A program made the translations under genes and the position numbers. A model generated the notes under the pieces. That model saw only the letters and a list, made by a program, of their open reading frames with translations, was not told where the DNA came from and did not search any database. From Planctomycetota bacterium (lineage in GTDB: Bacteria > Planctomycetota > UBA1135): a stretch of DNA of 64,000 nucleotides. The stretch is taken from contig JASFYO010000003.1 of assembly GCA_045047305.1 (NCBI GenBank), forward strand, positions 1 through 64,000, in the 5' to 3' direction. Below, piece by piece: positions 1 through 9,496 of this stretch. The first letter of the stretch is position 1. Every line of letters starts with the position of its first letter.

Positions 1-30
1 GAGCCCGTTAGTTCTATCTCCAGAAACGAA

Positions 31-64
31 AAAAGCCCCGTAGCATCAAGCTACGGGGCTTTTT
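31..64. terminator. Intrinsic, likely bidirectional, terminator after secDF
   Basis: Perfect stem AAAAGCCCCGTAGC / loop ATCAA / GCTACGGGGCTTTT with A and T tracts, just past the secDF stop. Confidence 0.9.
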
Positions 65-77
65 AATGGCTAAAAGC

Positions 78-2636
78 TCAGGTCGTCGGCGTGACTCGCT
101 TTTCATCGCCTAGGTGCTTGGCCGAATCGGTAACCGACTCCACTTGATGTTTGCGCGCCCAGCGGTCAAAGAAGACCAGAAGCGGACTAGCGACAAACAT
201 CGAGGAGTAGGTTCCAACCACAATGCCGATGAGCATTGCGAAGCTAAAGCCTTCTAGCGAGTTGTGATACTGACGGTTGGCGACGAACAGTACAGCAACA
301 ACGAAGAAGGTGGTGACCGAGGTCAGTACCGTGCGGCTAAGACTTTGGTTAATTGAAATATTAATGACCTCAGCAAAGCCTTCCTTGCGACGCGGCAAGT
401 TCTCACGGATGCGATCGAACACCACAATCGTATCGTTTAGCGAGTAACCAATGATGGTCAGGAACGCCGCGATAATCTCAAGGTTGATTTCGATGTGCAC
501 CAATCCCGTTACGGAACCTACAGCCAAGGCGCCAAGAGTGATCAAGACGTCGTGGAAGAGTGCCACAACCGCCGCAAAGCCGTAACGATACTCGCGGAAG
601 CGGAAGGTCATGTAGACCACAATCAGGAGTAGAGAAAGCACAATCGCGCGGAAAGCAGCACCTTTAATCTCACCCGAAACGCGTGCGCCTACAGTCGATT
701 TTTCAGGGAAGGACTTTCCTAGGTCGATGCTTCCGTCTTCCATGTGGAAGAGCATGTCATCTGCGAGTACGGCAATTTCTCCAACCATGACAGAAGCGAA
801 ATCGTGGTCGATTTCCACGTCGGCATCAGGGTTGATGAGAAGGTTGCGCTGTTCTGGAGTGAGCTTGCGCTTGACCAAGAAGGAAGATTTCGTGTCTTCG
901 CTGTTTGCCTTACCCGTGATCGCAGTGATCTCGAAGCCTGGAAGCAGAGTACGCATCTCACCGATATCGGCGGTTTTTGCGAGTTCGACACGAGCGGAGG
1001 CACCACCAGCAAAGTCAATGCCGAGCATCTCGTTGTGGTGTCCAGCGTAGACGAACAGGCCGCCCACAATCAAAATCGAAGACACGATTCCGGCAATTTT
1101 GCGTGCACCGAGGAAGTCGAAGTGCCTCTCACCGGCAAAGGCCTTCATCATGGAAACCGTTTTTGGCGGGTGTTTGCCGAACACAATCATATTCATGATG
1201 ACCTTAGAGAAGACCAAGGCTGAGAACATGGTGGTGAGTAGTCCCAAACACAAAGTTGCTGCGAAGCCCTGAACCGGACCCGTACCAACGTTGTACAGCA
1301 CCAAGCCTGCAATCAGGGTGGTGACGTTGGCGTCGATGATGGTCAGGAAGGCACGGTCGTAACCGTTCTTGTAAGCCTGCGGGAGTTCGCGGCCACGCTT
1401 CCATTCCTCACGCACGCGCTCAAAGATCAAGATGTTGGCGTCTACCGCCATACCAATCGTCAGCACCAAACCGGCAAGCCCTGGGAGGGTCAAGGTGGCC
1501 TGTGTGAAGTAAATCAGGCCCATCAGCATGAATGCGTTGAAGAGCAGAGAAAGGCAAGCAACCACGCCATTCATGCGATAGTAAATCAGCATAAACAGAA
1601 GGACCAGAAGGCCACCTAGGCCTGCTGATTGAGCACCGGTCGTGATGGCGTCGTGTCCGAGCGTGGAGCCAACAAAGGTTTCACTTTCGATTTGCGGGAC
1701 AATCTTCAACGAGCCGGTCTTCAGTACCGTGACTAGTTCGCGAACCTGGTTCATATCGAAGCCACCGGCGCCACCTTCAATGACGCCTCCACCAGGAAGA
1801 CGATCATTAATATTTGGTGCCGAGAACACCATGTTGTTCAGCACAATCGCCATCGCGCGGTCTTTGTAGGCCGCGGTGAAGTCGGAAAATGCTTTCTTAC
1901 GGAAAGCGCTGAACTCAAATGCAACCACCGGGAAACCAGTACTTCCAGTGGTCGCGCCGGCATAAGCAAGGCCGCCACCGCTGAACTCCCAAGATTGATC
2001 CGAGCCTGCCAGTTCTGGACGCAGGACGTCGAGCATGAGCAGGGGAATTGCACCGGAAACAATATGCTGCGACAAAGTCGCGGTTGCGTCGCTTCCTTCG
2101 GTGTTGTCGGGCGCAAACCACTTAATCTCAGGGCGTGGCCCACCTTCATTTTCAGGCAGGCGGTTGAAGTCGAGAGGGGTGCCTTCTGGATTAGCAGTAA
2201 CCCAATTGGTCCACTTGACTTTTTCAGCTCCCAAGTCGAAGCCGTCGGAGTTTTCCGCAATGATGCGGAACTGCAACAGGCCCTGGCTCCCCACTAGGCG
2301 CTTAATATCCTCAACTTGTTCTTCCGTAAAGTCCGGAAGCTCAATGATGAGGGAGTCAACGCCCTGCGAGTAAATCGGAATGTCCTTAACCCCAGTAGGG
2401 TCAATTCGCTTTGAAAAGATGGTGACGGTTTCGTCCAACAAAGTTTGGCTTTGCTGGCGCTCCATCTCCGTGATTTCGCCGCGTTCCACGGCTCCATCAA
2501 AATCAAGGCTATAGACGAGCCTTGTACCACCCCGAAGGTCGAGGCCTAGGTGAAGGTCAAAGGAAAAGATAGCCCACAGGGAAAGCAGTGAAGCCACTGC
2601 AATGCCAAGGAGCTTGCGATTGAGATTATGAACCAT
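78..2636 (-). CDS. secDF: Fused protein translocase subunit SecDF
   Basis: LGLDLRGG, IGMAVDANILIFER, LGIDFAGG and GYSLNDTIVVFDRIRE motifs; about 12 TM helices. Confidence 0.97.
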   Translation of the reverse strand: MVHNLNRKLLGIAVASLLSLWAIFSFDLHLGLDLRGGTRLVYSLDFDGAVERGEITEMERQQSQTLLDETVTIFSKRIDPTGVKDIPIYSQGVDSLIIELPDFTEEQVEDIKRLVGSQGLLQFRIIAENSDGFDLGAEKVKWTNWVTANPEGTPLDFNRLPENEGGPRPEIKWFAPDNTEGSDATATLSQHIVSGAIPLLMLDVLRPELAGSDQSWEFSGGGLAYAGATTGSTGFPVVAFEFSAFRKKAFSDFTAAYKDRAMAIVLNNMVFSAPNINDRLPGGGVIEGGAGGFDMNQVRELVTVLKTGSLKIVPQIESETFVGSTLGHDAITTGAQSAGLGGLLVLLFMLIYYRMNGVVACLSLLFNAFMLMGLIYFTQATLTLPGLAGLVLTIGMAVDANILIFERVREEWKRGRELPQAYKNGYDRAFLTIIDANVTTLIAGLVLYNVGTGPVQGFAATLCLGLLTTMFSALVFSKVIMNMIVFGKHPPKTVSMMKAFAGERHFDFLGARKIAGIVSSILIVGGLFVYAGHHNEMLGIDFAGGASARVELAKTADIGEMRTLLPGFEITAITGKANSEDTKSSFLVKRKLTPEQRNLLINPDADVEIDHDFASVMVGEIAVLADDMLFHMEDGSIDLGKSFPEKSTVGARVSGEIKGAAFRAIVLSLLLIVVYMTFRFREYRYGFAAVVALFHDVLITLGALAVGSVTGLVHIEINLEIIAAFLTIIGYSLNDTIVVFDRIRENLPRRKEGFAEVINISINQSLSRTVLTSVTTFFVVAVLFVANRQYHNSLEGFSFAMLIGIVVGTYSSMFVASPLLVFFDRWARKHQVESVTDSAKHLGDEKRVTPTT

Positions 2637-2672
2637 GTACCGGTGTTCCGGGTGTGTTGGAACGAAAGACGA

Positions 2673-3011
2673 TTACAGTTGAGCGGAACGACCGGAGCGA
2701 TCACGCAAGTAAAACAACTTGGCGCGGCGTGGCTGACGGTTTGGTCCGCGCTCCACGGTTACGTTTTGTACCCGTGGGCTGTGTAGAGGGAAGGTCCGCT
2801 CTACGCCTTCACCTTGCACGATGCGGCGCACCGAAAAGGTTTTGCCAACGCCATGCCCTTTAAATTGGATGACTTGGCCAATGAACGGCTGAACTCGCTC
2901 GTTCTTGCCCTCTTTGATGAGGTATTCAACTTTGACGATGTCGCCAACCTTGAACGAAGGAGCATTCTCCTTCATGTGTTGCTTCTGGACTTCCTGGACG
3001 ATCTTATCCAT
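2673..3011 (-). CDS. rplS: 50S ribosomal protein L19
   Basis: FKVGD...GVERTFPLHSP...RRAKLFYLR; follows trmD. Confidence 0.97.
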   Translation of the reverse strand: MDKIVQEVQKQHMKENAPSFKVGDIVKVEYLIKEGKNERVQPFIGQVIQFKGHGVGKTFSVRRIVQGEGVERTFPLHSPRVQNVTVERGPNRQPRRAKLFYLRDRSGRSAQL

Positions 3012-3726
3012 CGGTATCTCGGCTTATTACAGTACTTGGGTGTTGGTGCGGTTGCAGATCAGGACGACGTTCTTCAGTACGAAGACGTGCCTGCTCTAGC
3101 CTCCAGCGATCCACTTCGGCGTGGTTTCCGCTGCGTAGGACTTTAGGTACGGCCATTTCGCGAAACACCTCGGGACGGGTGTAATGCGGATGGTCAAGGA
3201 GCGATGGGTCGGTGAAGGATTCAAACACGGCTGATTGATCATGCCCTAAGACATTGGGTATCAAACGTGTAGTAGCTTCAATGACTGCGAGCGCACCTAA
3301 TTCACCTCCGCAGAGCACGAAATCGCCGAGAGAAATCTCGGTCCATTCGATGCCTTCGCGAATGCGTTCATCAAAACCTTCATACCTTCCGCACAGAAGA
3401 AGCAATCGTTCTTCTTGAGCGAATTCGGTGGCTGTGGCTTGACGAAAAGGTGTGCCGCTTGGGGTCATCAGAAGCTTGCGGCAAACACCGTAAGTCTCTT
3501 CAACCCATTCCACTGCAGAAAAGATCGGCTCGGGCTTTAACACCATCCCCGGACCTCCCCCGTAGGGGCGATCATCCACTTGATGGTGTTTTCCAATCGC
3601 AAAACGACGGAAATCCAACAGGTGCATTTGGAGAAGACCCGCCTTCTGGGCGCGTCCCAAAATCGAGGAGGTTAAGTAGGACTCAACAGCCTCGGGGAAC
3701 AGAGTAAGAAGGTGAACCTCGAGCAT
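3004..3726 (-). CDS. trmD: tRNA (guanine-N1)-methyltransferase
   Basis: VDDRPYGGGPGM, CGRYEGFDER, SLGDFVLCGGE, YTRP. Confidence 0.97.
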   Translation of the reverse strand: MLEVHLLTLFPEAVESYLTSSILGRAQKAGLLQMHLLDFRRFAIGKHHQVDDRPYGGGPGMVLKPEPIFSAVEWVEETYGVCRKLLMTPSGTPFRQATATEFAQEERLLLLCGRYEGFDERIREGIEWTEISLGDFVLCGGELGALAVIEATTRLIPNVLGHDQSAVFESFTDPSLLDHPHYTRPEVFREMAVPKVLRSGNHAEVDRWRLEQARLRTEERRPDLQPHQHPSTVISRDTDG

Positions 3727-3835
3727 CCCGGAACCTCCGGGAAAATTGGCCGCATAAGATACGTGAATCAGGCCCTTTGAGCAACCTTAGGGGCATAGAT
3801 TTGGCCCTTTCACTGGAGGATTCTATCCTGTCCTC

Positions 3836-4456
3836 ATGTTTACTGGTCTTGTTGAAGGAATGGGTGTGATTCAGGCCAGGGAGCCGGTGGAGGCGGGGGA
3901 GCATCTTTGGGTGGAACTCGGCGCCTTGGCCGATGGCTTGGCTCAAGGTGATTCCGTTTGTACTTCTGGCGCATGCTTGTCGGTTGCGGTCATCGATGGC
4001 TCCAGGGTGCGTTACGACGTATCCCCTGAAACCCTGGATAAAACCACCCTCGGCACTCTCCAGCCTGGTTCTAAGGTCAATGTAGAGCGTAGTTTGCGCG
4101 TTGGGGATCGTCTTGGTGGGCATTTCCTTAGTGGCCACGTCGATTGCCTCGGCATCTACAAAGGATGCGAGCAGCAGGGTGACTTTTCCGTTTTCCGGTT
4201 TGAAACCCCCGTGTCGTTCTGGCCTTACCTCGTCTCCAAGGGGTCCGTGGGAATCGAAGGCGTGAGCTTGACCGTGGCCGCGCTACTAGATAGTTATGTG
4301 TTTACAGTAGCTCTGATCCCAGAAACTCTGACTCGCACCACCCTGGGGGCTCTGCAGCCTGGAGACAAGGTGAATCTAGAGGGTGATCTCCTCGGTAAAT
4401 ACGTCCTTCGATTCCTTGAGCAAAGGGAAGGGATTCCTCAAACTAAGCTTTCCTGA
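3836..4456 (+). CDS. ribE: Riboflavin synthase (alpha)
   Basis: N-terminal MFTGLVE, GACLSV, VNVERSL...LGGH..SGHVD, duplicated lumazine-binding domain. Confidence 0.96.
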   Translation: MFTGLVEGMGVIQAREPVEAGEHLWVELGALADGLAQGDSVCTSGACLSVAVIDGSRVRYDVSPETLDKTTLGTLQPGSKVNVERSLRVGDRLGGHFLSGHVDCLGIYKGCEQQGDFSVFRFETPVSFWPYLVSKGSVGIEGVSLTVAALLDSYVFTVALIPETLTRTTLGALQPGDKVNLEGDLLGKYVLRFLEQREGIPQTKLS

Positions 4457-4499
4457 GCCCAATGGCTCTGCGATGATGTCCGCCGTAATTAAAGACCAC

Positions 4500-5681
4500 A
4501 TGCTCCGAAACCTCGCACTTCTTCTTTTGGCTGCACCAGCCGCAGCGCAAGAACCTGTACTTCACGGGCCTTCTTCCGTGGACCTCACCCTTGATGGTGA
4601 GCTTTTATTCCGCGGCGAGTTCCGCGATAACGCCAATCAGGCAACTGGACTCGGCGGCTCCACCGACGCCTTCCTTACCCGTGCAAGCGTGGGCTTGGAT
4701 TTTGATGTGCACCGTTATTTTGGCGGTTACTTGGAGTTTTTTGCCGCGGTTGAGGCCACTGGTACCGTCGACACCCAAGATGTGCAGCAGGTTTATCTCG
4801 ATTTCGACAAGCTGCTAGGTGATTACAACCTTCGTATTGGTCGCATGCAGTTTGACTTCGGTGATGGCCGTGTCATTTCTTCGAACCCTTGGTTGCTTGA
4901 TCGTAACTCCTTTGATGGATTGCAAATCACCACCGAAGTTGGTTCCTGGGATATGAACCTGTGGCACTCCCAGGCCGCCAATGGCCCAAGCGATTTATTG
5001 GATGACCATTTTTCTGGCTTTTGGGCTGAAACATCCATCGACGATGAGGAAACTTATGAAGTGTTCTTGTTGCGCCGTGGGCGCATGGACTTTAAGGAAT
5101 ACACCTTCGGCATGCGCTGGCAGGGGGAAACCCGTAACGGATTGAACTGGAATCTGTTTGGTGCCTATCAAGATGGCCGCGATGCCGGCCGTGAAATTCT
5201 AGCTTATTCCTTTGCAGCAACTTTGAAGAAGCCTTTGGATTACGGCCATGGAATTGGTGCAGAGATTGCATTTGCGCAAGGCAATGATTCCAAGCCTGGT
5301 GACCGCAAGCGCTTTGATCCGGTTTACATCGACCAGCACCGTTACAACGGTCGCGCTGACATTGTTGCGTTTTCCAATCTCATCGACCTCTCGGTGTTTT
5401 ATTGGCTAGATTGGAACGAGCGTTGGAGTTTTCATACAGACTTGCACGACTTCACCCGTCAGAATGATTCCGATTTGGTTTATCTCGGTTCCTCGGTAAC
5501 AGGAGTCACCCCTGCGAGCAATGCGGCCGGTATCGGTCGTGAGCTCGACGTCTACTGTGAAGGTGTTCTCTCAGAGGACTTCAGCGTAGATTTCGGTGGG
5601 GCGATTTTTTCGCCCCAGGCATCTCTCCCACACGATCAAGAACAACTCTGGTTGTACCTTCAGTTCGTGCTTAACTTCTAG
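4500..5681 (+). CDS. Alginate-export (AlgE-like) outer-membrane beta-barrel
   Basis: Signal peptide, LRIGRMQFDFGDGRVI...NSFDG, GRELD, C-terminal aromatic beta-signal (FVLNF); start moved to ATG 4500. Confidence 0.75.
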   Translation: MLRNLALLLLAAPAAAQEPVLHGPSSVDLTLDGELLFRGEFRDNANQATGLGGSTDAFLTRASVGLDFDVHRYFGGYLEFFAAVEATGTVDTQDVQQVYLDFDKLLGDYNLRIGRMQFDFGDGRVISSNPWLLDRNSFDGLQITTEVGSWDMNLWHSQAANGPSDLLDDHFSGFWAETSIDDEETYEVFLLRRGRMDFKEYTFGMRWQGETRNGLNWNLFGAYQDGRDAGREILAYSFAATLKKPLDYGHGIGAEIAFAQGNDSKPGDRKRFDPVYIDQHRYNGRADIVAFSNLIDLSVFYWLDWNERWSFHTDLHDFTRQNDSDLVYLGSSVTGVTPASNAAGIGRELDVYCEGVLSEDFSVDFGGAIFSPQASLPHDQEQLWLYLQFVLNF

Positions 5682-5686
5682 AAACG

Positions 5687-6895
5687 ATGAAACGTTCCTT
5701 CGCTTTACTTTTCTCATCCATGCTTGCCGCACCTTTGATGGCGCAAGGCGACGTGGTCACTTTCGATTCCTCCGTCGATAGCGTCAAGCTCGGTGGTTCT
5801 TTGCGTTTCCGCACCGAAACACGCGACCCCAGTGCTCCGATGACTGGATTGGATTCCACTTCGGTGTCCAGTGGTTTCGCTCGCGTTTTCTTCGACGTCA
5901 AGGCTTCTGATGCCCTCGATGCCAAAGTTGAATTCCAGCATGTGATTCCAGGCCAAGGCATGAATTCCGAGAGCCTGTTGCGTCAAGGCTGGTTGCGCTG
6001 GGCCACTTCTGAGACGACCAACCTTAAAGTTGGTCGCTTTCAACTGAAGTATGGCAACCAACGCATGGTTTCCGATCTTGCTTGGAGTAACTTCGGTCGC
6101 GCCTGGGATGGCGCGGTCTATCAGTTCAACACCAACGGTTTTAAAACCGATGTCTTCTGGACCCAACCCGTGGAAATGATGGGCATCGCAGTCGGCTCCG
6201 AGCAGGCCTTCGGTGGTGTGTATTTGGAGTTCGCGCCCAACGATGACCTCGATGTTGACCTTTATACCTTCATGCGCCGTGATCGTGGGTTGGCTGGTGC
6301 AGGCAATAACGACCTCACCTTTGGTGGCATCGTCGAGGGCAACTTCACTGAATCCGTGAGTTTTTCACTCGAAGCTGCAGCTCAAAGCGGCAATCACGGT
6401 GCGCTGAATGCCGGTGGATTGGCTTTAGCTGGCCGCGCGGACATGGAGGTCGTGAAAGGAGTCAAGCTTGGTTTGGGTTATGAACTCGCATCCGGTGACG
6501 GCGATCCAACCGACGGCAGCGATGACTCCTTCCGTCCTTTGTATGACTTCGGACATGCTTACCACGGCACGCAAGACCTCTTCATCTGGAGCAACTTGCA
6601 GGACATCATCTTTCGCTCTAGCTTAGCTCTAGACGGCAATTGGAGCCTTAACGGAGATGTTCACATCTTCAGCCTTGATGACGCTGCCGGTGGCATCCCA
6701 GCCTCCGTTGGTGGTCCTTTCACCCAGGTGGCAGGGCAAGATGCGCTCGGTACTGAGCTCGATGTCTCTGTTCGTGGCAAAGTCGCTGGCGACATCAAAA
6801 TCTGGGCCGGCATTTCTTACTTTGCTGCAGGCGATGCCATTGCCAGCAACGATGATCAGATCTGGGCCTTCTTGCAGGGCGAGTTGTTCTTCTAA
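5687..6895 (+). CDS. Alginate-export (AlgE-like) outer-membrane beta-barrel, paralog
   Basis: Signal peptide, KVGRFQLKYGNQRMV...WSNFGRAWDG, ASGDGD, WSNLQD, LGTELD, C-terminal F. Confidence 0.8.
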   Translation: MKRSFALLFSSMLAAPLMAQGDVVTFDSSVDSVKLGGSLRFRTETRDPSAPMTGLDSTSVSSGFARVFFDVKASDALDAKVEFQHVIPGQGMNSESLLRQGWLRWATSETTNLKVGRFQLKYGNQRMVSDLAWSNFGRAWDGAVYQFNTNGFKTDVFWTQPVEMMGIAVGSEQAFGGVYLEFAPNDDLDVDLYTFMRRDRGLAGAGNNDLTFGGIVEGNFTESVSFSLEAAAQSGNHGALNAGGLALAGRADMEVVKGVKLGLGYELASGDGDPTDGSDDSFRPLYDFGHAYHGTQDLFIWSNLQDIIFRSSLALDGNWSLNGDVHIFSLDDAAGGIPASVGGPFTQVAGQDALGTELDVSVRGKVAGDIKIWAGISYFAAGDAIASNDDQIWAFLQGELFF

Positions 6896-6916
6896 GTTTG
6901 ATGAAGACTGGTGGGG

Positions 6917-8755
6917 CTATTGCCCCGCACGGCGGAAGCCTTCGAGAAGAATCTCGAGGGCTTCTTTCTTTTCCACATCCGTGGCTTCTTGGGCAAAAGC
7001 CTGCTTCAGTACGGGGAACCAGTCTGCTCCATACCCGGCAGTCCGCCAGAGGTGGGAGCGCCCAGCTTCAGGTAAGAAGAAACGGTGAAAGCGGAATGCG
7101 CTGGAAGTGGGTGCTCCTTTTCCGCCTTCGCTGATGCGCAAGGCCAACTGTAAGGCTTCCCGTTGCAGGCGCAGCTTGGCAAGTTGTTGCGCATCATTGC
7201 TCTCGGGAAGCTTCTCCAGCTCCTTGAGGATTTGTTGCAGCCATCCGCGACGTCCGTCAACAGCACTTGATTGCAAAGCGAGGTCGCGCACCATTTGTAC
7301 TGCGAAGGCGGCGGCGCGTGCATGTTGCTTGTAGCCAGGGTCAAGGAACTTTTCAATCAGGAAAGGGGTGTCCAAGGCCGAGTGATAAACCCCGCTTCCT
7401 CCATGAAACCCATATTCCACGACTTCGATGCCGGCCAATTCAAGAAATGGCACGTGATCTGAGCCGCCGCCGGGAACTCCAAGCTGTATGGGTACCGTAA
7501 TCCCTTGCGCTTCGCAGGTGGTGGTGAGGCTAGCCACCAAGCCCGGCGTGCACGATGCACTGAAGTTTGGACCCGTTGCTGCAACATCCATGTTGAGGTA
7601 AGCCACGCCATGCTGCTTCAGTTGAGTGCGATATTCCTCAACCCATTCGGTCGAGCCAACTAGGCCCCATTCCTCTGCGTCCCACGTCGCAAAAATGAGT
7701 GTGCGTTCTGGTCGCCAACCCCGTTTCAAGGCATCGCCAATCACCCGTGCGGTTTCTAGCAACACCGTGCTTCCCGTACCGTTGTCGACGGCACCGTATC
7801 CCCAAGCATCACGGTGGGCGCCAATGATGACCCATTCGCCAGGACGTTTACTGCCGACGATGCGCCCGAGAACATTTTGGATTTCCACCAAGTTGGTGTC
7901 TTGCTCAACCGATAAACGCGCTTGGGTCGGAAGTGGCCCGAGTTTGCGCTTCGCTCCTGCAAGCAAGTAAGTTGCGTTGCCTGAGGAAATTGGCAAAGAA
8001 GGAATGTGGACTAAACCTTTCGCCTGTTGGGGAAGGATGCGTGAAGCATCTTGCTTGGCAGCCCAGCCGGGAGTGAGGGGGTCGCCGTCGGCGTTGTAAA
8101 CCGAACCACGTTGAATGCCACTGCTCGGGCGCCACGGGCCTTTGGGGAGCACTTCTCCGCGAGAACTTCCATCGTCGTCGCGATCGGTGTAGAGCAAGGC
8201 TCCCGCAAAACCATAGGCTTCCGCATTGGCAACCTTGAGGCCGCGGTAGAGGGAGCCGTATCGAATTAAAGCAATGCCACCATGAAAGCTATCGCCGTGA
8301 AGTCTTTCCAGTTCCCGGAATTCATTTTCAGTTCCATAGCCGACATACCAAACCTTGCCCTCGGCGCGTCCCGCAGCAGTGAGGCCATGCATAGGTGGAA
8401 CGTGATTGCTTCGTGTGCGCTCATCTTCTTCGTAGCCCAATTCATGTAAATCAAGCGCCTGCCAATCAGAATCGCTTTGCTTGAACTGCAGACTTTGCCC
8501 GGTTTGGCGGGGGAGGTAGCACCAGTAGGATTCGCGTTCCACTTGCATCCCGGCAGCTGCAAAAACTTCGGCCGCGTAATCCGCTGCGGCAAGCGACTCT
8601 ATGCTTCCGGCGAGACGCGGCTGCTCACACAAACGGTTCATCGTCTCTCCAAGACGTGCGGCAGAGACGGCATGTGGGTCTGGGCCGAGAGGGCTAGGCG
8701 CATTCTGGGGGATGGCAAGCGCCGAGAGGCAAAAGAGGGTCAGAGAAATGGCCAT
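6917..8755 (-). CDS. Secreted M28 metallopeptidase with PA domain (glutamate carboxypeptidase II-like)
   Basis: GAHRDAW, GAVDNGTG, WDAEEWG, YLNMD, YHS zinc/catalytic motifs; GDPLTPG. Confidence 0.9.
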   Translation of the reverse strand: MAISLTLFCLSALAIPQNAPSPLGPDPHAVSAARLGETMNRLCEQPRLAGSIESLAAADYAAEVFAAAGMQVERESYWCYLPRQTGQSLQFKQSDSDWQALDLHELGYEEDERTRSNHVPPMHGLTAAGRAEGKVWYVGYGTENEFRELERLHGDSFHGGIALIRYGSLYRGLKVANAEAYGFAGALLYTDRDDDGSSRGEVLPKGPWRPSSGIQRGSVYNADGDPLTPGWAAKQDASRILPQQAKGLVHIPSLPISSGNATYLLAGAKRKLGPLPTQARLSVEQDTNLVEIQNVLGRIVGSKRPGEWVIIGAHRDAWGYGAVDNGTGSTVLLETARVIGDALKRGWRPERTLIFATWDAEEWGLVGSTEWVEEYRTQLKQHGVAYLNMDVAATGPNFSASCTPGLVASLTTTCEAQGITVPIQLGVPGGGSDHVPFLELAGIEVVEYGFHGGSGVYHSALDTPFLIEKFLDPGYKQHARAAAFAVQMVRDLALQSSAVDGRRGWLQQILKELEKLPESNDAQQLAKLRLQREALQLALRISEGGKGAPTSSAFRFHRFFLPEAGRSHLWRTAGYGADWFPVLKQAFAQEATDVEKKEALEILLEGFRRAGQ

Positions 8756-8799
8756 GGGGGCGTTACCCTAACAGCCGTTCACGTCCCTTCACCACCCAC

Positions 8800-9234
8800 A
8801 TGCCAACCACCGCACCAACTTTCCTCGCCATTGATTGGAATGGAACCGTGGTCCCGATTTTCGGCAGCCCGCTTTATTCTGGTGCTCGTGAGGTTCTAGA
8901 AGAGCTGCACAAGGCTGGATTGCCCCTTTTTGTGGTCAGTTGCGCCACTCAGGCGCAGATTGAGCACGATGTGGCCCGCACCGGCCTTCAGGTCGATGGC
9001 ATCTTTGGCTGCGGCGATAAAGCCCCCATTTTCTCGGATTTACGCCTCCAGCATGGGGTCGGCATGGTGCTCGGTGATCATCCAGCTGACCGACGCGCAG
9101 CAGAACATGCAGGGCTCCCCTTCATGCAGGCCTGTCTCGATGGGCAGATGGGCTTCCCGGAGCAAAGGGAGGTCTTTCGCCACTGGCGCGAGGTTCCCAC
9201 ACTGCTGCTTGCCGGTCGCACCGCGGAAGGTTAG
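8800..9234 (+). CDS. Small HAD-family hydrolase
   Basis: Motif I DWNGT, motif II VVS, motif IV GDHPAD. Confidence 0.75.
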   Translation: MPTTAPTFLAIDWNGTVVPIFGSPLYSGAREVLEELHKAGLPLFVVSCATQAQIEHDVARTGLQVDGIFGCGDKAPIFSDLRLQHGVGMVLGDHPADRRAAEHAGLPFMQACLDGQMGFPEQREVFRHWREVPTLLLAGRTAEG

Positions 9235-9266
9235 AATATCCGGCCCCTTTTGGGGTTTGATTGACC

Positions 9267-9491
9267 ATGGACAGCACTCTTCCACAGCGCCTACAGCGTA
9301 ACGTTAACGGTTCCTTCGCTCGCACCGTGCTTCTGCAGAAGAGAATTCGCCAGCTAGTACGCGGCGATGCTCCTTTGTTTGACGCCGAGTTGGAGCGCAT
9401 GGAGAATCCCATCGAAATCGCTTTGACAGAAGTCGAGCGTGGCCTGATTGACCTGGTTGAAGAACAGGTCGAAGAAAAGCCGACCCTTTAA
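9267..9491 (+). CDS. rpoZ: RNA polymerase omega subunit
   Basis: GSF..TVLLQKRIRQLVRGDAPL...NPIEIALTEV pattern typical of omega. Confidence 0.8.
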   Translation: MDSTLPQRLQRNVNGSFARTVLLQKRIRQLVRGDAPLFDAELERMENPIEIALTEVERGLIDLVEEQVEEKPTL

Positions 9492-9496
9492 ATGGG

